Positions 1 to 9,100 of a stretch of DNA of 52,367 nt are shown here, in pieces. A model generated the notes under the pieces. That model did no database searches. It saw only the letters and a program-made list of their open reading frames with translations, and was not told where the DNA came from. Both the position numbers and the translations under genes were made by a program. Origin of the DNA: a virus (taxonomy: Duplodnaviria > Caudoviricetes); the IMG/VR virus record IMGVR_UViG_3300022680_000054, positions 1-52,367 of that record, one strand, 5' to 3'. Each line of letters opens with the position of its first letter. Positions within the stretch are counted from its first letter, which is position 1.

Positions 1-103
1 AATCGCCCAGGTAAACCGGGTAGGATACCTTGATGGCGTTGGTCGGTATGCTGAATTCCTTGTGCTTACGGCTCCGGCGCTTGGTCGTGTTTTTATCCCC
101 CAC
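1..103 (-). CDS. hypothetical protein, runs off the left end of the window
   Basis: GTG at 101-103 overlaps the end of the methyltransferase gene; the open frame VGDKNTTKRRSRKHKEFSIPTNAIKVSYPVYLGD continues to position 1. Confidence 0.4.
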   Translation of the reverse strand, partial: MGDKNTTKRRSRKHKEFSIPTNAIKVSYPVYLGD

Positions 104-758
104 GCTGCCACACTCCTACCCCCGTATCGGTCCCATCCAGCAGTAAAAAACGCGCCCCGGTGATGCCGCCAGCCTTGATGCCACTACGCACCTGCTCCCC
201 GATGACCGGGTGCATGGCGTCGTGCCACAGCATGAAACCGCCCGGTTTCAGGTGTTCCCGCGCCAACGCGGCGATGGTGGCGACCTGCTCGGTTTTGTGG
301 CCGCCATCGTCAAAGATAAAATCAGGCCGGGGCAACTTGCGCCGCCTGCCATCGGGCCAGGTAACCATCTGACCGACCTGGGCAAAAATCTCCTGGGCAT
401 CCTGACGGAAGATGACGTGCCGTTCGGCCAATTCCGGTGTGATTTTTGCGCCTGCGTGTTTGTACAGGTCGGCGCTGATCAGCTTGCCTTTACCGTTGGC
501 GTGCAGCGCGTCCAACATGTGGCTGCTGCTGCACCCGTTGGCGCATCCGACCTCAAAGACAACCGCCGGGCGGATGGCCCGCAGCAGACCATAGAGCAAA
601 CGGCCTTCATCGGCAAAAACGCTGCCCATCGCCCAGCCCGTATCCACCCCGCCGATGTGGTCGTTGATAACGCTGTCATACCAGGGCACGTTCTCGCCGG
701 TCTCTGGCAGGTTGTACAATTCATCGATAAGTATCAATGCGTCGCGTAACGTGGTCAT
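93..758 (-). CDS. class I SAM-dependent methyltransferase (Methyltransf_24-like)
   Basis: VFEVGCANGCSS SAM motif, DFIFDDGGH and LKPGGFMLWHD; ATG at 758 is coupled to the upstream stop (ATGA). Confidence 0.85.
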   Translation of the reverse strand: MTTLRDALILIDELYNLPETGENVPWYDSVINDHIGGVDTGWAMGSVFADEGRLLYGLLRAIRPAVVFEVGCANGCSSSHMLDALHANGKGKLISADLYKHAGAKITPELAERHVIFRQDAQEIFAQVGQMVTWPDGRRRKLPRPDFIFDDGGHKTEQVATIAALAREHLKPGGFMLWHDAMHPVIGEQVRSGIKAGGITGARFLLLDGTDTGVGVWQRGG

Positions 759-1009
759 GATTTCCACCTGAATATAAACTGGGTATCCCCCGGCAGGACT
801 TTCGCCTGAACATCCGCCCCCCAGGCCGCAGTCAGTTTTTGCAGTTCGTCTTCCATCTTACCCTGTGACAATTCCTCAAGATATGAACATATCATGCGCC
901 CGCCCTGGTGCGTCAATGAACAGTATTTTTCAACCCTGAGCCGCCCCCCGTAAAAATCAAACTCGGCACCGACTTCCATGGGCACCATGATTTTGTGCGC
1001 CACTTTCAT
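755..1009 (-). CDS. hypothetical protein
   Basis: 84 aa ORF with ATGA overlaps at both ends. Confidence 0.7.
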   Translation of the reverse strand: MKVAHKIMVPMEVGAEFDFYGGRLRVEKYCSLTHQGGRMICSYLEELSQGKMEDELQKLTAAWGADVQAKVLPGDTQFIFRWKS

Positions 1010-1878
1010 GTCTTCACCCGCTCCCCTTCCAGCCAGTTAACGATCTGCATCGCCCTTGCATCCCACGAATGGTCCAGCACCCAGGCCCCGGCCAGCCCTA
1101 TCTTCTCCAGTGCCAACTGTGGCCGCGCCAGATATTGCTTGGCGTAGAACACAGCATCCGCCGGACTCTGCACCGTGACCATGCCCTTCTCACCGCCCAG
1201 GTCTACGATGTCCCGGCAGTAATCGCCAACAATCAGGCATTCCATGGCGGCGCTCTCGAAGTACCGCATCATCGGTGATTTCTGGTCATTCACGCACAGA
1301 CTGATCCGCGCCTCGTGGTACACATCCACATAGTCCTGATAATATACCCCGGTAGCCGCGTAAACACTCAGCCCGGCATCTTTCAGCGCGTCCAGGTATT
1401 CGGATCGCGTAGGATATACCGCCCCCACCAGCACCACGTCCCACAGGCGATCTAACCATGGCACCCGGCTCGGCTTGTGCAGGTCCACATCGTATCCGCA
1501 CGGCATCCAGGTCATATTATCCCCGTTGACCGGCCAAACGGCGCTATCCTTATGCGCCACGAAATAGTGATCGTGATTGAGTTGGCTCATGTTGCAGACG
1601 TTGTTGCAGGTCGTCACGTTGACGTGGGGCACCGCGCCATAAACGCCGTGTCGCCACTGGTTGTATACGGTGTCGGCATAGATCACGATGTCCGGCGTCC
1701 AGTCGTGCCAGTTACAATCCCAGATACCCATGGGCTGCCAGGCGTGGGGGCCTTCGGCGGCCTTGGCGTTGGGGTACGCGCCGATGTGGCGCACATCGTA
1801 GCCCAAGCGTTGATAGGCGCGGGTCAGCCAGCGGCCCGTGCAGGTGACATGATGCAGACACGCGATCAATACCTTCAT
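1006..1878 (-). CDS. glycosyltransferase, GT-B fold, CgeB/DUF3880-like
   Basis: WDVVLVG..YPTR, YHEARISL, MRYFESAAM motifs; start moved to MKVLIAC (ATGA overlap at 1875-1878). Confidence 0.8.
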   Translation of the reverse strand: MKVLIACLHHVTCTGRWLTRAYQRLGYDVRHIGAYPNAKAAEGPHAWQPMGIWDCNWHDWTPDIVIYADTVYNQWRHGVYGAVPHVNVTTCNNVCNMSQLNHDHYFVAHKDSAVWPVNGDNMTWMPCGYDVDLHKPSRVPWLDRLWDVVLVGAVYPTRSEYLDALKDAGLSVYAATGVYYQDYVDVYHEARISLCVNDQKSPMMRYFESAAMECLIVGDYCRDIVDLGGEKGMVTVQSPADAVFYAKQYLARPQLALEKIGLAGAWVLDHSWDARAMQIVNWLEGERVKT

Positions 1879-2486
1879 ACCTTCACCACCCTTGCTAAAA
1901 TGTTTGTGTCGTCGCCTTCGTTCCTTCCAAACGTCATACATTCGGCTACCTCGCCATACGTTTCCAGCAGTTCGCGGAATGTCTCAGGCGTCCAGTGGTT
2001 GTAGTGGCCGCCCCAGCCATCGTTGTTGGGCACGGTAAGGATAAGTTGCCCTCCAAAGCAAACTGTCTGCATTATTCGCTTGAGCGCATTTGTATAATCA
2101 TATACATGTTCCAATGTCTGTAGGCATACAGCCGCATCAAAAACATTTGGGGGGAATCCGGGTAATTCTGAAATGCTGGACTTTAGAAAATTGATTGCGT
2201 TCCCGTTAAGTTGATAGGCTTTTTGCGTTGCAATCTCAGAAAAATCAACTCCAATAAACCGAGACCTAGGAAAGATTTCTTTAAGGATGGCGATAAAATG
2301 GCCGCACCCGCAGCCATAATCACAGAAATATAATTTAGATGATTCTGGATTGAAGTAGGTACCAGCCAGAAATTGGGCCACGCGCCTATACATCCATTCC
2401 CGGTCCTCAAAATACCCATCGTCAACCGATGCCCAGAAGGCGTCCATCGCTTCGGGGGTGTTGTGCGTGTCAGGGGTTAGGGTCAT
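1875..2486 (-). CDS. class I SAM-dependent methyltransferase
   Basis: DYGCGCG, GVDFS, FDAAVCLQTLEHV, GGQLILTVPN. Confidence 0.9.
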   Translation of the reverse strand: MTLTPDTHNTPEAMDAFWASVDDGYFEDREWMYRRVAQFLAGTYFNPESSKLYFCDYGCGCGHFIAILKEIFPRSRFIGVDFSEIATQKAYQLNGNAINFLKSSISELPGFPPNVFDAAVCLQTLEHVYDYTNALKRIMQTVCFGGQLILTVPNNDGWGGHYNHWTPETFRELLETYGEVAECMTFGRNEGDDTNILARVVKV

Positions 2487-2746
2487 TGCTGATCCTCAAT
2501 CCATTTTATAAGGGATCGTAATTCAGTATTGAAGTTAACAAGCATGTTCTGTGGGCCTCTGACTGTAAATATATACATGCTTTCAAGTAACCCTTTGTCC
2601 TCAACGACTTCGTAACTTAATCCATGTTCTAGGCACATCTCGATAACCCTGCGCTTGATCTGCCCGCGAATAACCAACCCGGCGACAAACCAAAATTTTA
2701 TATATGGCTTTACAGACTCATTAGTTACCAATTCCATTTGGGTCAC
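2483..2746 (-). CDS. hypothetical protein
   Basis: 87 aa AT-rich ORF translationally coupled on both sides. Confidence 0.7.
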   Translation of the reverse strand: MTQMELVTNESVKPYIKFWFVAGLVIRGQIKRRVIEMCLEHGLSYEVVEDKGLLESMYIFTVRGPQNMLVNFNTELRSLIKWIEDQQ

Positions 2747-3486
2747 CGTATCACCTCCAGCCCAAAGTAAGGGTGCTCTTTCAACAGCGGCGGCAGCTGC
2801 TCTTGTGCAAACGGCTTAGCCGTCCAGAAGTCATAACAGGTCGGGTGCAAGTCGGTCATCGGTCCATGCTGCGGCGTCCAGGCTTTGAACAGGCGCAGCC
2901 AATCTTCGCGCCATTCGGCCCGGTGCCCGTGAATCATGATTTTGTACTGGATAATATCTAACCGTTGGGCATAGCCCATATGGTACACCGGGGGCACGTC
3001 CAGATAGGCGTGGCCGTCTGCATGGTGCGGATTGATGACCCGGATCGGCTGCGCCTCGTCCTCGCAGTACCAACCAAACGACCGCCAGAAGTGCCGGAAA
3101 CGCAGGTGCCCGTTTCGCACGCCCATCGCCAGGCCCTGCTCAATAGCCGCTTCCACCGCGCCCGGCGCGTAAATCTCATCTGAATCAACCACAATAATCA
3201 GGTCAGCGTCCGGTTCCAGTTCATACACATAATCGCGCTGCGCGCCTTCGTGCGGCCAGCGGCCCCGATACCATTTGAATGGAATAGTCAGCACTTCACT
3301 GACGGCTTTTTGCAGCTGCTGTTCGCTCTCCGGGCAGACCACATCGGCCACGTGCCCGTGCGATCCTACGTTGGAATAACAGAACACAAAACAGTCAACA
3401 GCGTGCTGGACCGATTGGATGGCCTGCCGGATGTATTCCAGGCCATAGTGCAGTGCCATGAAGGCGACCACGCGCGGATTAGTCAT
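2743..3486 (-). CDS. glycosyltransferase, GT-A (GT2-like)
   Basis: N-terminal YIRQAIQSV, EGAQRD, DxD motif VVDSDE, VYHMGYA. Confidence 0.75.
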   Translation of the reverse strand: MTNPRVVAFMALHYGLEYIRQAIQSVQHAVDCFVFCYSNVGSHGHVADVVCPESEQQLQKAVSEVLTIPFKWYRGRWPHEGAQRDYVYELEPDADLIIVVDSDEIYAPGAVEAAIEQGLAMGVRNGHLRFRHFWRSFGWYCEDEAQPIRVINPHHADGHAYLDVPPVYHMGYAQRLDIIQYKIMIHGHRAEWREDWLRLFKAWTPQHGPMTDLHPTCYDFWTAKPFAQEQLPPLLKEHPYFGLEVIR

Positions 3487-3889
3487 CTGTCGTCGCCTCT
3501 TTGGTCAATCCCTCATTCATGTCTTGAAGGCTTTGCAATAAGCGATTAAAAGAGTCTTTCATGTCAATCCATGAAATTATTGCATTCAGGACATCGACAG
3601 GTTCAAATTCAGCTTCTTGCTGCCCAAAATGACCATATACCATAGGCGACAACACCATACCATCAGCAACATCATTTAACGATATAAGCGCTTGCCATTC
3701 TTGGCGTGTCATTTCAACCAACACACCCCCCTCGTTGGTGTCACCAATTTTTTTCACCTTGTCCCCCTTATACCTTCTCCGGTATATCGTCCAATAACCC
3801 GGCCCCCACCACATCCCGCATGAATTCCTTATACTACGGTAGTAGGTCGATGTCGGGTGTACTTCGATTGATATTTTGTTTGCAGCCAT
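3479..3889 (-). CDS. hypothetical protein
   Basis: 136 aa AT-richer ORF between two GT genes; start uncertain. Confidence 0.55.
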   Translation of the reverse strand: MAANKISIEVHPTSTYYRSIRNSCGMWWGPGYWTIYRRRYKGDKVKKIGDTNEGGVLVEMTRQEWQALISLNDVADGMVLSPMVYGHFGQQEAEFEPVDVLNAIISWIDMKDSFNRLLQSLQDMNEGLTKEATTDD

Positions 3890-3932
3890 ATCAATTCAGG
3901 ACTTCCAAACATGTCAAACCAAACGAATTCAA

Positions 3933-4736
3933 TCACCCCAACGCCTCCCATACATTCTTATCAAACCGGTATTCACCGCACGCCTTACGCATGAAATTGG
4001 CCGCCAGCCTGCGCCCCGCGTCGGCATCGTAGGCCAGGATTTTTGCCGCCGTCGCCAGTTCGCCCCGGTCAGCGCCCCAGTAGTCCTCGCCGTCAATGAA
4101 AGGGCTGCTATCCGCGCAGTGCTCGGTCAGCAGTGGCAGCCCTGCCGATGCCGCAATTGCCCACCGCTGCGCTGCTGTGCAGGGATAGGCGTCGTGCTGG
4201 TGGATGTTAACCATCACCTTGGACTGCTGGAGATTGCGCGTCCGCTGTTCGCCCCAGGCGTTGGGGGCAATCATCAGCCCAGCGTCCCTCATGGCGTTCT
4301 CGACATCCTGCCGCCGGGGTGGCCCCATGTAGGCCATCAGGGCTACGTCGTACAGCGCCGCGCCGTTCCAGCGAGCCGTCAGGCTGCACTGAATAAGGTC
4401 TTGATGGCTGCCTAACGGCACGAACTTGTAACCCCGCGCCTGGGCATAAAAGCGATCCGCTGACCAGAACTCGTTGAGACCGGGCACCACGTGGTGATAG
4501 TCGGTGTCGTGCCATTCCAAGTCCCAGTAAATGATGCGGGCCTTCGCACCGGGCCAGCCCAGTCCGGCGTCCTGCCATGCCCCCAAGTTGAGCATGGTCA
4601 GGATGTAGGTTTGGTCGCTGTGCGGTTGGATGTCGGCCAGAGTGCCGGTGGGGAAGCCGCAGAGATCGACCAGACGCCAGTAGTCGGTGTAGGAGTCGTA
4701 GTCGTGATCGGGGCGGATGAAGATGGGATCAGGCAT
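3933..4736 (-). CDS. glycosyltransferase, GT-B fold, CgeB-like
   Basis: YDVALMAY..PRR, LQQSKVMVNIH, RWAIAASAGLPLLTE; start set at MPDPIF. Confidence 0.75.
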   Translation of the reverse strand: MPDPIFIRPDHDYDSYTDYWRLVDLCGFPTGTLADIQPHSDQTYILTMLNLGAWQDAGLGWPGAKARIIYWDLEWHDTDYHHVVPGLNEFWSADRFYAQARGYKFVPLGSHQDLIQCSLTARWNGAALYDVALMAYMGPPRRQDVENAMRDAGLMIAPNAWGEQRTRNLQQSKVMVNIHQHDAYPCTAAQRWAIAASAGLPLLTEHCADSSPFIDGEDYWGADRGELATAAKILAYDADAGRRLAANFMRKACGEYRFDKNVWEALG

Positions 4737-5025
4737 CGTCGTTCCCATAGACCGCTCTGGCATCCATTATCCCAGCGATTACAGCTTGTTCCGCGCTATA
4801 GTTACTCCCAATTGCCGTCTGATTGTGTACAGTGTCACCCCCATCAATCTTGATATACAATAGATCATCATGGAGGAAGTGAACGGTTTGGTCATCCACC
4901 TTTACAGTCCACATAGCTTTAGTATATTCGTTTGCACTGTTTTCGGTTTTAATCTCTTTACCCTCAAGCTCGAATACTGTTCCAATGTGACCTTGCTTGT
5001 TTAATGCGATCTTGACCTTCATCAC
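4729..5025 (-). CDS. hypothetical protein
   Basis: 98 aa coupled ORF. Confidence 0.65.
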   Translation of the reverse strand: MMKVKIALNKQGHIGTVFELEGKEIKTENSANEYTKAMWTVKVDDQTVHFLHDDLLYIKIDGGDTVHNQTAIGSNYSAEQAVIAGIMDARAVYGNDDA

Positions 5026-5312
5026 TCGTCCTCATTCTTTCGTTTGTCATCCATCGGTGCGAACCAATCGAACAGCCACAGCAGCACATCACGCAAACGG
5101 TCCAGCCATGTGATCTGGCGCTTGGGTTTTTCGGTAACGGTATCATCCTGCGTATGAGAGGCGGCCCATTCTCGTGCAAACCGTCGTTGTTTTTCAGACT
5201 TCCATAAAAGGGGCCGATCTAAACTCTTAAGTAGATCGTCCATTTCGCGCTGCCATTCTTCGCTGGGCATTGGTACCTTCTCTGGCTTTTCTAGCGGCCC
5301 GGTACGCATCAC
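5022..5312 (-). CDS. hypothetical protein
   Basis: 96 aa coupled ORF with GAGGGGG RBS. Confidence 0.65.
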   Translation of the reverse strand: MMRTGPLEKPEKVPMPSEEWQREMDDLLKSLDRPLLWKSEKQRRFAREWAASHTQDDTVTEKPKRQITWLDRLRDVLLWLFDWFAPMDDKRKNEDE

Positions 5313-5488
5313 TTGTCCCCCTCGTGATTGGCTAAATGCTGCTGTAGTAATGCCTCGTATTCCTCACGGGTAAGCTGTTTCCCTTGCTTAGTCGCGCATT
5401 TTAACTCACCACCCACGTACCAGGTCGAATACCCAAAGCCGTCATCGTGATTAAGATTTATAATCACCACCGGTTTATTCTTTTTCAT
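5309..5488 (-). CDS. hypothetical protein
   Basis: 59 aa from MKKNKP; fills the gap between coupled genes. Confidence 0.55.
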   Translation of the reverse strand: MKKNKPVVIINLNHDDGFGYSTWYVGGELKCATKQGKQLTREEYEALLQQHLANHEGDK

Positions 5489-6518
5489 CGTCATCATCCA
5501 TCGCCAGGTCGATAATGTCCTCAATCAGGCGCGGTTGCTCTTTAATCGCATTGTCCGGCGTGTATCGTGCCCCGGCTCCGGCCTGCACCTGCCCGAAGAT
5601 GGCCGCCCCGGTTTCGTGTACCCCGTGTGGAATCGGCTGCGTGACCGTCTGCTGGCCTCCCTGCTGGGTGGGCTGGGTCACCGTGCGGCGCAGTTGGCCT
5701 TCCTGGGGTTGTAGCGGTCGCACCAGTTTAGGACGGCGACACGCATCCACATCACGCGGGTCACACCAGAACGGGTTACCGTTGCCCTGCCGGCCATAAT
5801 TGCGCCTCGTGGCCCGGCCATGAAAAGGACTGTTGCCCCCCCACTCCGGCACTACCAGAATATCATTGGCCTGTTTTTCGTTGCTGGTCATTTGATTCAC
5901 CTTTCGGTCGTCACAGCAGCCCATGTTTCCGCTGTACCTTTCCCTCAATAGCTCATGTACCCGGTGATACTCGTCACTATTCCGATATTCTACCGACCGC
6001 CGCCCCTCCGGCGTGTAATGCACCAGCGGCAGGTCCACGTGCACCCCGCAGCATCCTTGCGAGATAAGTTTTAGGAAGAAGTCGGTATCTTCCCCGCCCC
6101 CTAACGATTGGTCAAATCCGCCAACCTTGAAGGCCCACTCGGTCGGCACCAGGCTGGTCAGGTTGTTGAGCGTGCCCCCACGCCAGGCGCGGCAGGGATC
6201 GGGGGCCTGCATGAACCGATCTTCCCCCACCCACCAGTTGCTGTATATGTAATGGTCCTTTGGGTACAGCTTGGCGTTGAACATGAATATCTGCGCCGCT
6301 TCCGGCTCCAGCCAGTCGTCGGCATCCAGAAACAGCAGCCACGGCGTTTGGGCGCGGTCGATGCCGGTGTTGCGTGCCCACCCTGGCCCGTAGCCGTTGG
6401 GGTCGTGAATGGCGTCCACCACGCAGGGCAGCGTTTGCTGCTGGGCCGACAGGATGGCGCGTTCTGCCTGTTCGGCGTGGTAGGGGCCTATGGGGATGAT
6501 GATGGTGATGTCAGGCAT
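5475..6518 (-). CDS. glycosyltransferase family 2 with C-terminal extension
   Basis: ITIIIP, ARNTG, LLFLDADD, VGGFD, GGEDTDF motifs, followed by an ~150 aa extension starting MGCC. Confidence 0.9.
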   Translation of the reverse strand: MPDITIIIPIGPYHAEQAERAILSAQQQTLPCVVDAIHDPNGYGPGWARNTGIDRAQTPWLLFLDADDWLEPEAAQIFMFNAKLYPKDHYIYSNWWVGEDRFMQAPDPCRAWRGGTLNNLTSLVPTEWAFKVGGFDQSLGGGEDTDFFLKLISQGCCGVHVDLPLVHYTPEGRRSVEYRNSDEYHRVHELLRERYSGNMGCCDDRKVNQMTSNEKQANDILVVPEWGGNSPFHGRATRRNYGRQGNGNPFWCDPRDVDACRRPKLVRPLQPQEGQLRRTVTQPTQQGGQQTVTQPIPHGVHETGAAIFGQVQAGAGARYTPDNAIKEQPRLIEDIIDLAMDDDDEKE

Positions 6519-6862
6519 TAGTCACTTTTCATGTAAAATTCAGCAACCCTATCATAAAAGGCGGCTTTGTAGAAAATGGTTGCACGGACAACCTGAGTGT
6601 CATCTACCAACTCGGACCACATATGATGATCTGTTGGCCTTATCTGCCATCCATCGGGCATTTCAACCGAAACAAACAAATCATCAATTTCAGGACCAAA
6701 GACAAAACCCAGTAATTCTAGCTTTTCACGTGGGCACCCCTTTGGCAACTTTGCGCTGTTACTTAGATCGGCTTGCCCCCGCTTTTCTTGATTAATGATG
6801 GCCTGCGATGTATCACCCGTGATCATTGCCTCAAACAGAACTTCTAAAGCATCGTCCTTCAT
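6518..6862 (-). CDS. hypothetical protein
   Basis: 114 aa ORF with AGGGGGAC RBS. Confidence 0.75.
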   Translation of the reverse strand: MKDDALEVLFEAMITGDTSQAIINQEKRGQADLSNSAKLPKGCPREKLELLGFVFGPEIDDLFVSVEMPDGWQIRPTDHHMWSELVDDTQVVRATIFYKAAFYDRVAEFYMKSD

Positions 6863-6874
6863 GATGTCCCCCTA

Positions 6875-7102
6875 TCAGGCATCCAATGTTCGCTTTAATT
6901 GATTAATGGCTTCAATAACGTTCTGGTGTTTGAAATGTAAATTGATAGCCTGTTGTAGTTCTTCGGCAGATGGTAATAGTTTGATTGCCTGCATATATTC
7001 AATCGACTCTTTCAATTCATCATGTCCTTCGCTGTCGATTAAAAGAGCTATCTTATGCAATACAGTACGAACCTCATCATCTTTACCATATAGAACTATC
7101 AC
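6875..7102 (-). CDS. hypothetical protein
   Basis: 75 aa, GTG start after AGGGGGAC RBS. Confidence 0.65.
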   Translation of the reverse strand: MIVLYGKDDEVRTVLHKIALLIDSEGHDELKESIEYMQAIKLLPSAEELQQAINLHFKHQNVIEAINQLKRTLDA

Positions 7103-7124
7103 ATCGTCCCCCTATCAGGTATTC

Positions 7125-7379
7125 TTACCTCAAACAGATAACATCATATTCCTGCTCGGTCATTTTTACGGGGGCAACATCACCAATAAACCCTGGATGA
7201 TCAGGAAACCACCAGCCTATATCATAAGTGAGATCGCAAACATATGCGGTTTCGTCATCTTCCACTCTTAAACTAGGTGAACCTTGGATAATCAGAAGAA
7301 TAACCAAACATATAACCAGCCCAACTATAACGATAATCGGTCCCCACCATTCAATACAAAACTCGGAAATCCTTTTCAC
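7125..7379 (-). CDS. small membrane protein
   Basis: GTG start after GGGGGAC RBS; one hydrophobic helix (IIVIVGLVICLVILLII). Confidence 0.65.
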   Translation of the reverse strand: MKRISEFCIEWWGPIIVIVGLVICLVILLIIQGSPSLRVEDDETAYVCDLTYDIGWWFPDHPGFIGDVAPVKMTEQEYDVICLR

Positions 7380-7534
7380 ATCGTCCCCCATCATATACGC
7401 ATAAGCGCCACGACTGAACCATCCAGCCAAGGCGCGGTAGCGGACTTGTGTTATACTACGATTGCCAAGCCGCTTACCCGGTTTGGTCGCTCCCCCGACC
7501 CAGGCGTTGGGGGGGCGTTATGTATGACACCCTC

Positions 7535-7563
7535 ATTCTAGTATAAATTGGACTCCTACGCAA
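7535..7563 (-). promoter_or_regulatory. sigma70-type promoter downstream of the capsid gene
   Basis: TTGCGT-17 nt-TAGAAT on the minus strand, just after the capsid terminator. Confidence 0.6.
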
Positions 7564-7586
7564 TAAGCAATTTGTGAAGGATTCAT

Positions 7587-7618
7587 AAACAAAAACGGGG
7601 CCGGTGTTCTGGCCCCGT
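7587..7618 (-). terminator. intrinsic terminator of the capsid gene
   Basis: ACGGGGCC-loop-GGCCCCGT followed by TTTTGTTT. Confidence 0.8.
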
Positions 7619-7642
7619 GCTGTTGTCTGCCGGATTGCAGTA

Positions 7643-9097
7643 TTAGCTGGTGAGGAACTGCGGCTGGATGTAGCTGTCGCCGCCGTCGAAGTAGCTGCTG
7701 TCGCCCGGAACGGCATTGTGCAGGTCTTCGCGGAAGTAGTACCAAACGTCATCAACGCGGGCACTCAGGAACGGCGCTTCCAGAATGAGCCGCAGCAGCA
7801 TCTGGTAATGATGCTCGAAGCACATCCCGGTATCACGCTCCCCGACCAACCACAGGCCGCCGTTCATGCGTTCCAGCTGCTTACCCAGTTTGCCAGAGTA
7901 TTCCATGCTGTACTGGTTTTCCTGGTTGAAGTACTGGAAGTAGGTCAGCGGCATCCCCTGCCAGGAGACCGGTATCACGTACATATCGGACTTGTAATAC
8001 TGGTTGCCCAGCGTGTCTTGTGGCACGCACTCGTCGGTGATGACCGGATACTGCCGGCCATCCAGCCAGATGTAGCCGCCGGTCAGCATGTCCAGGCGCA
8101 GCCGCTCGATGGTCTCGGCGCTGGTTGACAGCGACGTTTCCAGGGTGGCGGTGCAGAAGGTGGTGAACATCTTGCAGGCCAGGTGCTGGACGAGGTTATA
8201 AAACAATTCCTCGCGCATCACAAAGGCCCACTGCACACCCATCATCCCGGCGCGGCGCGCGCGCTGGTTGAGACTGTACATCACGCCCGTCATCACGTCG
8301 CGCAGGATGCGGCTGTTGGCATCGGTGCCGGTCACCAGCGCATTAAACGATTTGACGATGGGGTCAACCACCGGGCAGGTCGTGCTGCTCAGGCGGTCGG
8401 CGTAACCGGTAGCGATCAGCGTGTCCAGGCCGGACGGCTCGGCAATCCAGCCATGATGTGCGTTGGCGCTGGTCAGGGTGGTATCGCCCTGGATGGTGAC
8501 GTGGCACACATCGCGCTCTGCGCTGACGCCAACCAGGTAAGCCTGGTAACGCAGCGCGGACATGGTATCACTCAGCGTGAATACCATATCGGGGATGAAG
8601 CGGTTGCCGGCATTGACCGGGCTGGCCGCGTTCATGATGGCGCGGGGCACGTCTGCATGGTCGAGGCGCATCCCCACTTCGGCGACGGCCACAAGATCGT
8701 CCTTGATGTAGTATTTGCCCCACTCGAAGTCGATCCCGCACTTCTTGAACGCCCCGACGGGCGGCGGGTCGCCGCACCAGCCGGTGGCGTTGGTGCCGGT
8801 TTCAGTGGTGACACCCGTGTGGATGTCCAGCTTTTCGGTGTTCACCTCCGACGGCACGATGTCCAGCACCTGGGCCAGCGAATAGGGTCGGGTCATGGCC
8901 GACAGCATCTGCGGGCGGACGCCCGGCGCGGCCAGTGGTCCGTAACCGGTGCCCGACTGCGATGGGCCATGCAGCAGGTTGGTGCTCAGCGTGGTACTGG
9001 CCGGCGTGTTCTTCTGACCGAAGGCCAGGCCAGCGTCGATCAGCGCCTGCACCTGTTCGGTAGAGAACTTCTTCTCAGCAATACGTAGATCGGTCAT
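7643..9097 (-). CDS. major capsid protein
   Basis: 484 aa gene directly after protease/scaffold, strong RBS (AAGGAAG), biased codons, followed by a terminator; call by synteny. Confidence 0.8.
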   Translation of the reverse strand: MTDLRIAEKKFSTEQVQALIDAGLAFGQKNTPASTTLSTNLLHGPSQSGTGYGPLAAPGVRPQMLSAMTRPYSLAQVLDIVPSEVNTEKLDIHTGVTTETGTNATGWCGDPPPVGAFKKCGIDFEWGKYYIKDDLVAVAEVGMRLDHADVPRAIMNAASPVNAGNRFIPDMVFTLSDTMSALRYQAYLVGVSAERDVCHVTIQGDTTLTSANAHHGWIAEPSGLDTLIATGYADRLSSTTCPVVDPIVKSFNALVTGTDANSRILRDVMTGVMYSLNQRARRAGMMGVQWAFVMREELFYNLVQHLACKMFTTFCTATLETSLSTSAETIERLRLDMLTGGYIWLDGRQYPVITDECVPQDTLGNQYYKSDMYVIPVSWQGMPLTYFQYFNQENQYSMEYSGKLGKQLERMNGGLWLVGERDTGMCFEHHYQMLLRLILEAPFLSARVDDVWYYFREDLHNAVPGDSSYFDGGDSYIQPQFLTS

Positions 9098-9100
9098 TGA

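Noticed and set aside
8183-9088. Long opposite-strand ORFs (for example 8183-9088, 25901-26800, 43580-44434)
   Set aside because: Antisense shadows of GC3-rich real genes, with no RBS or motifs
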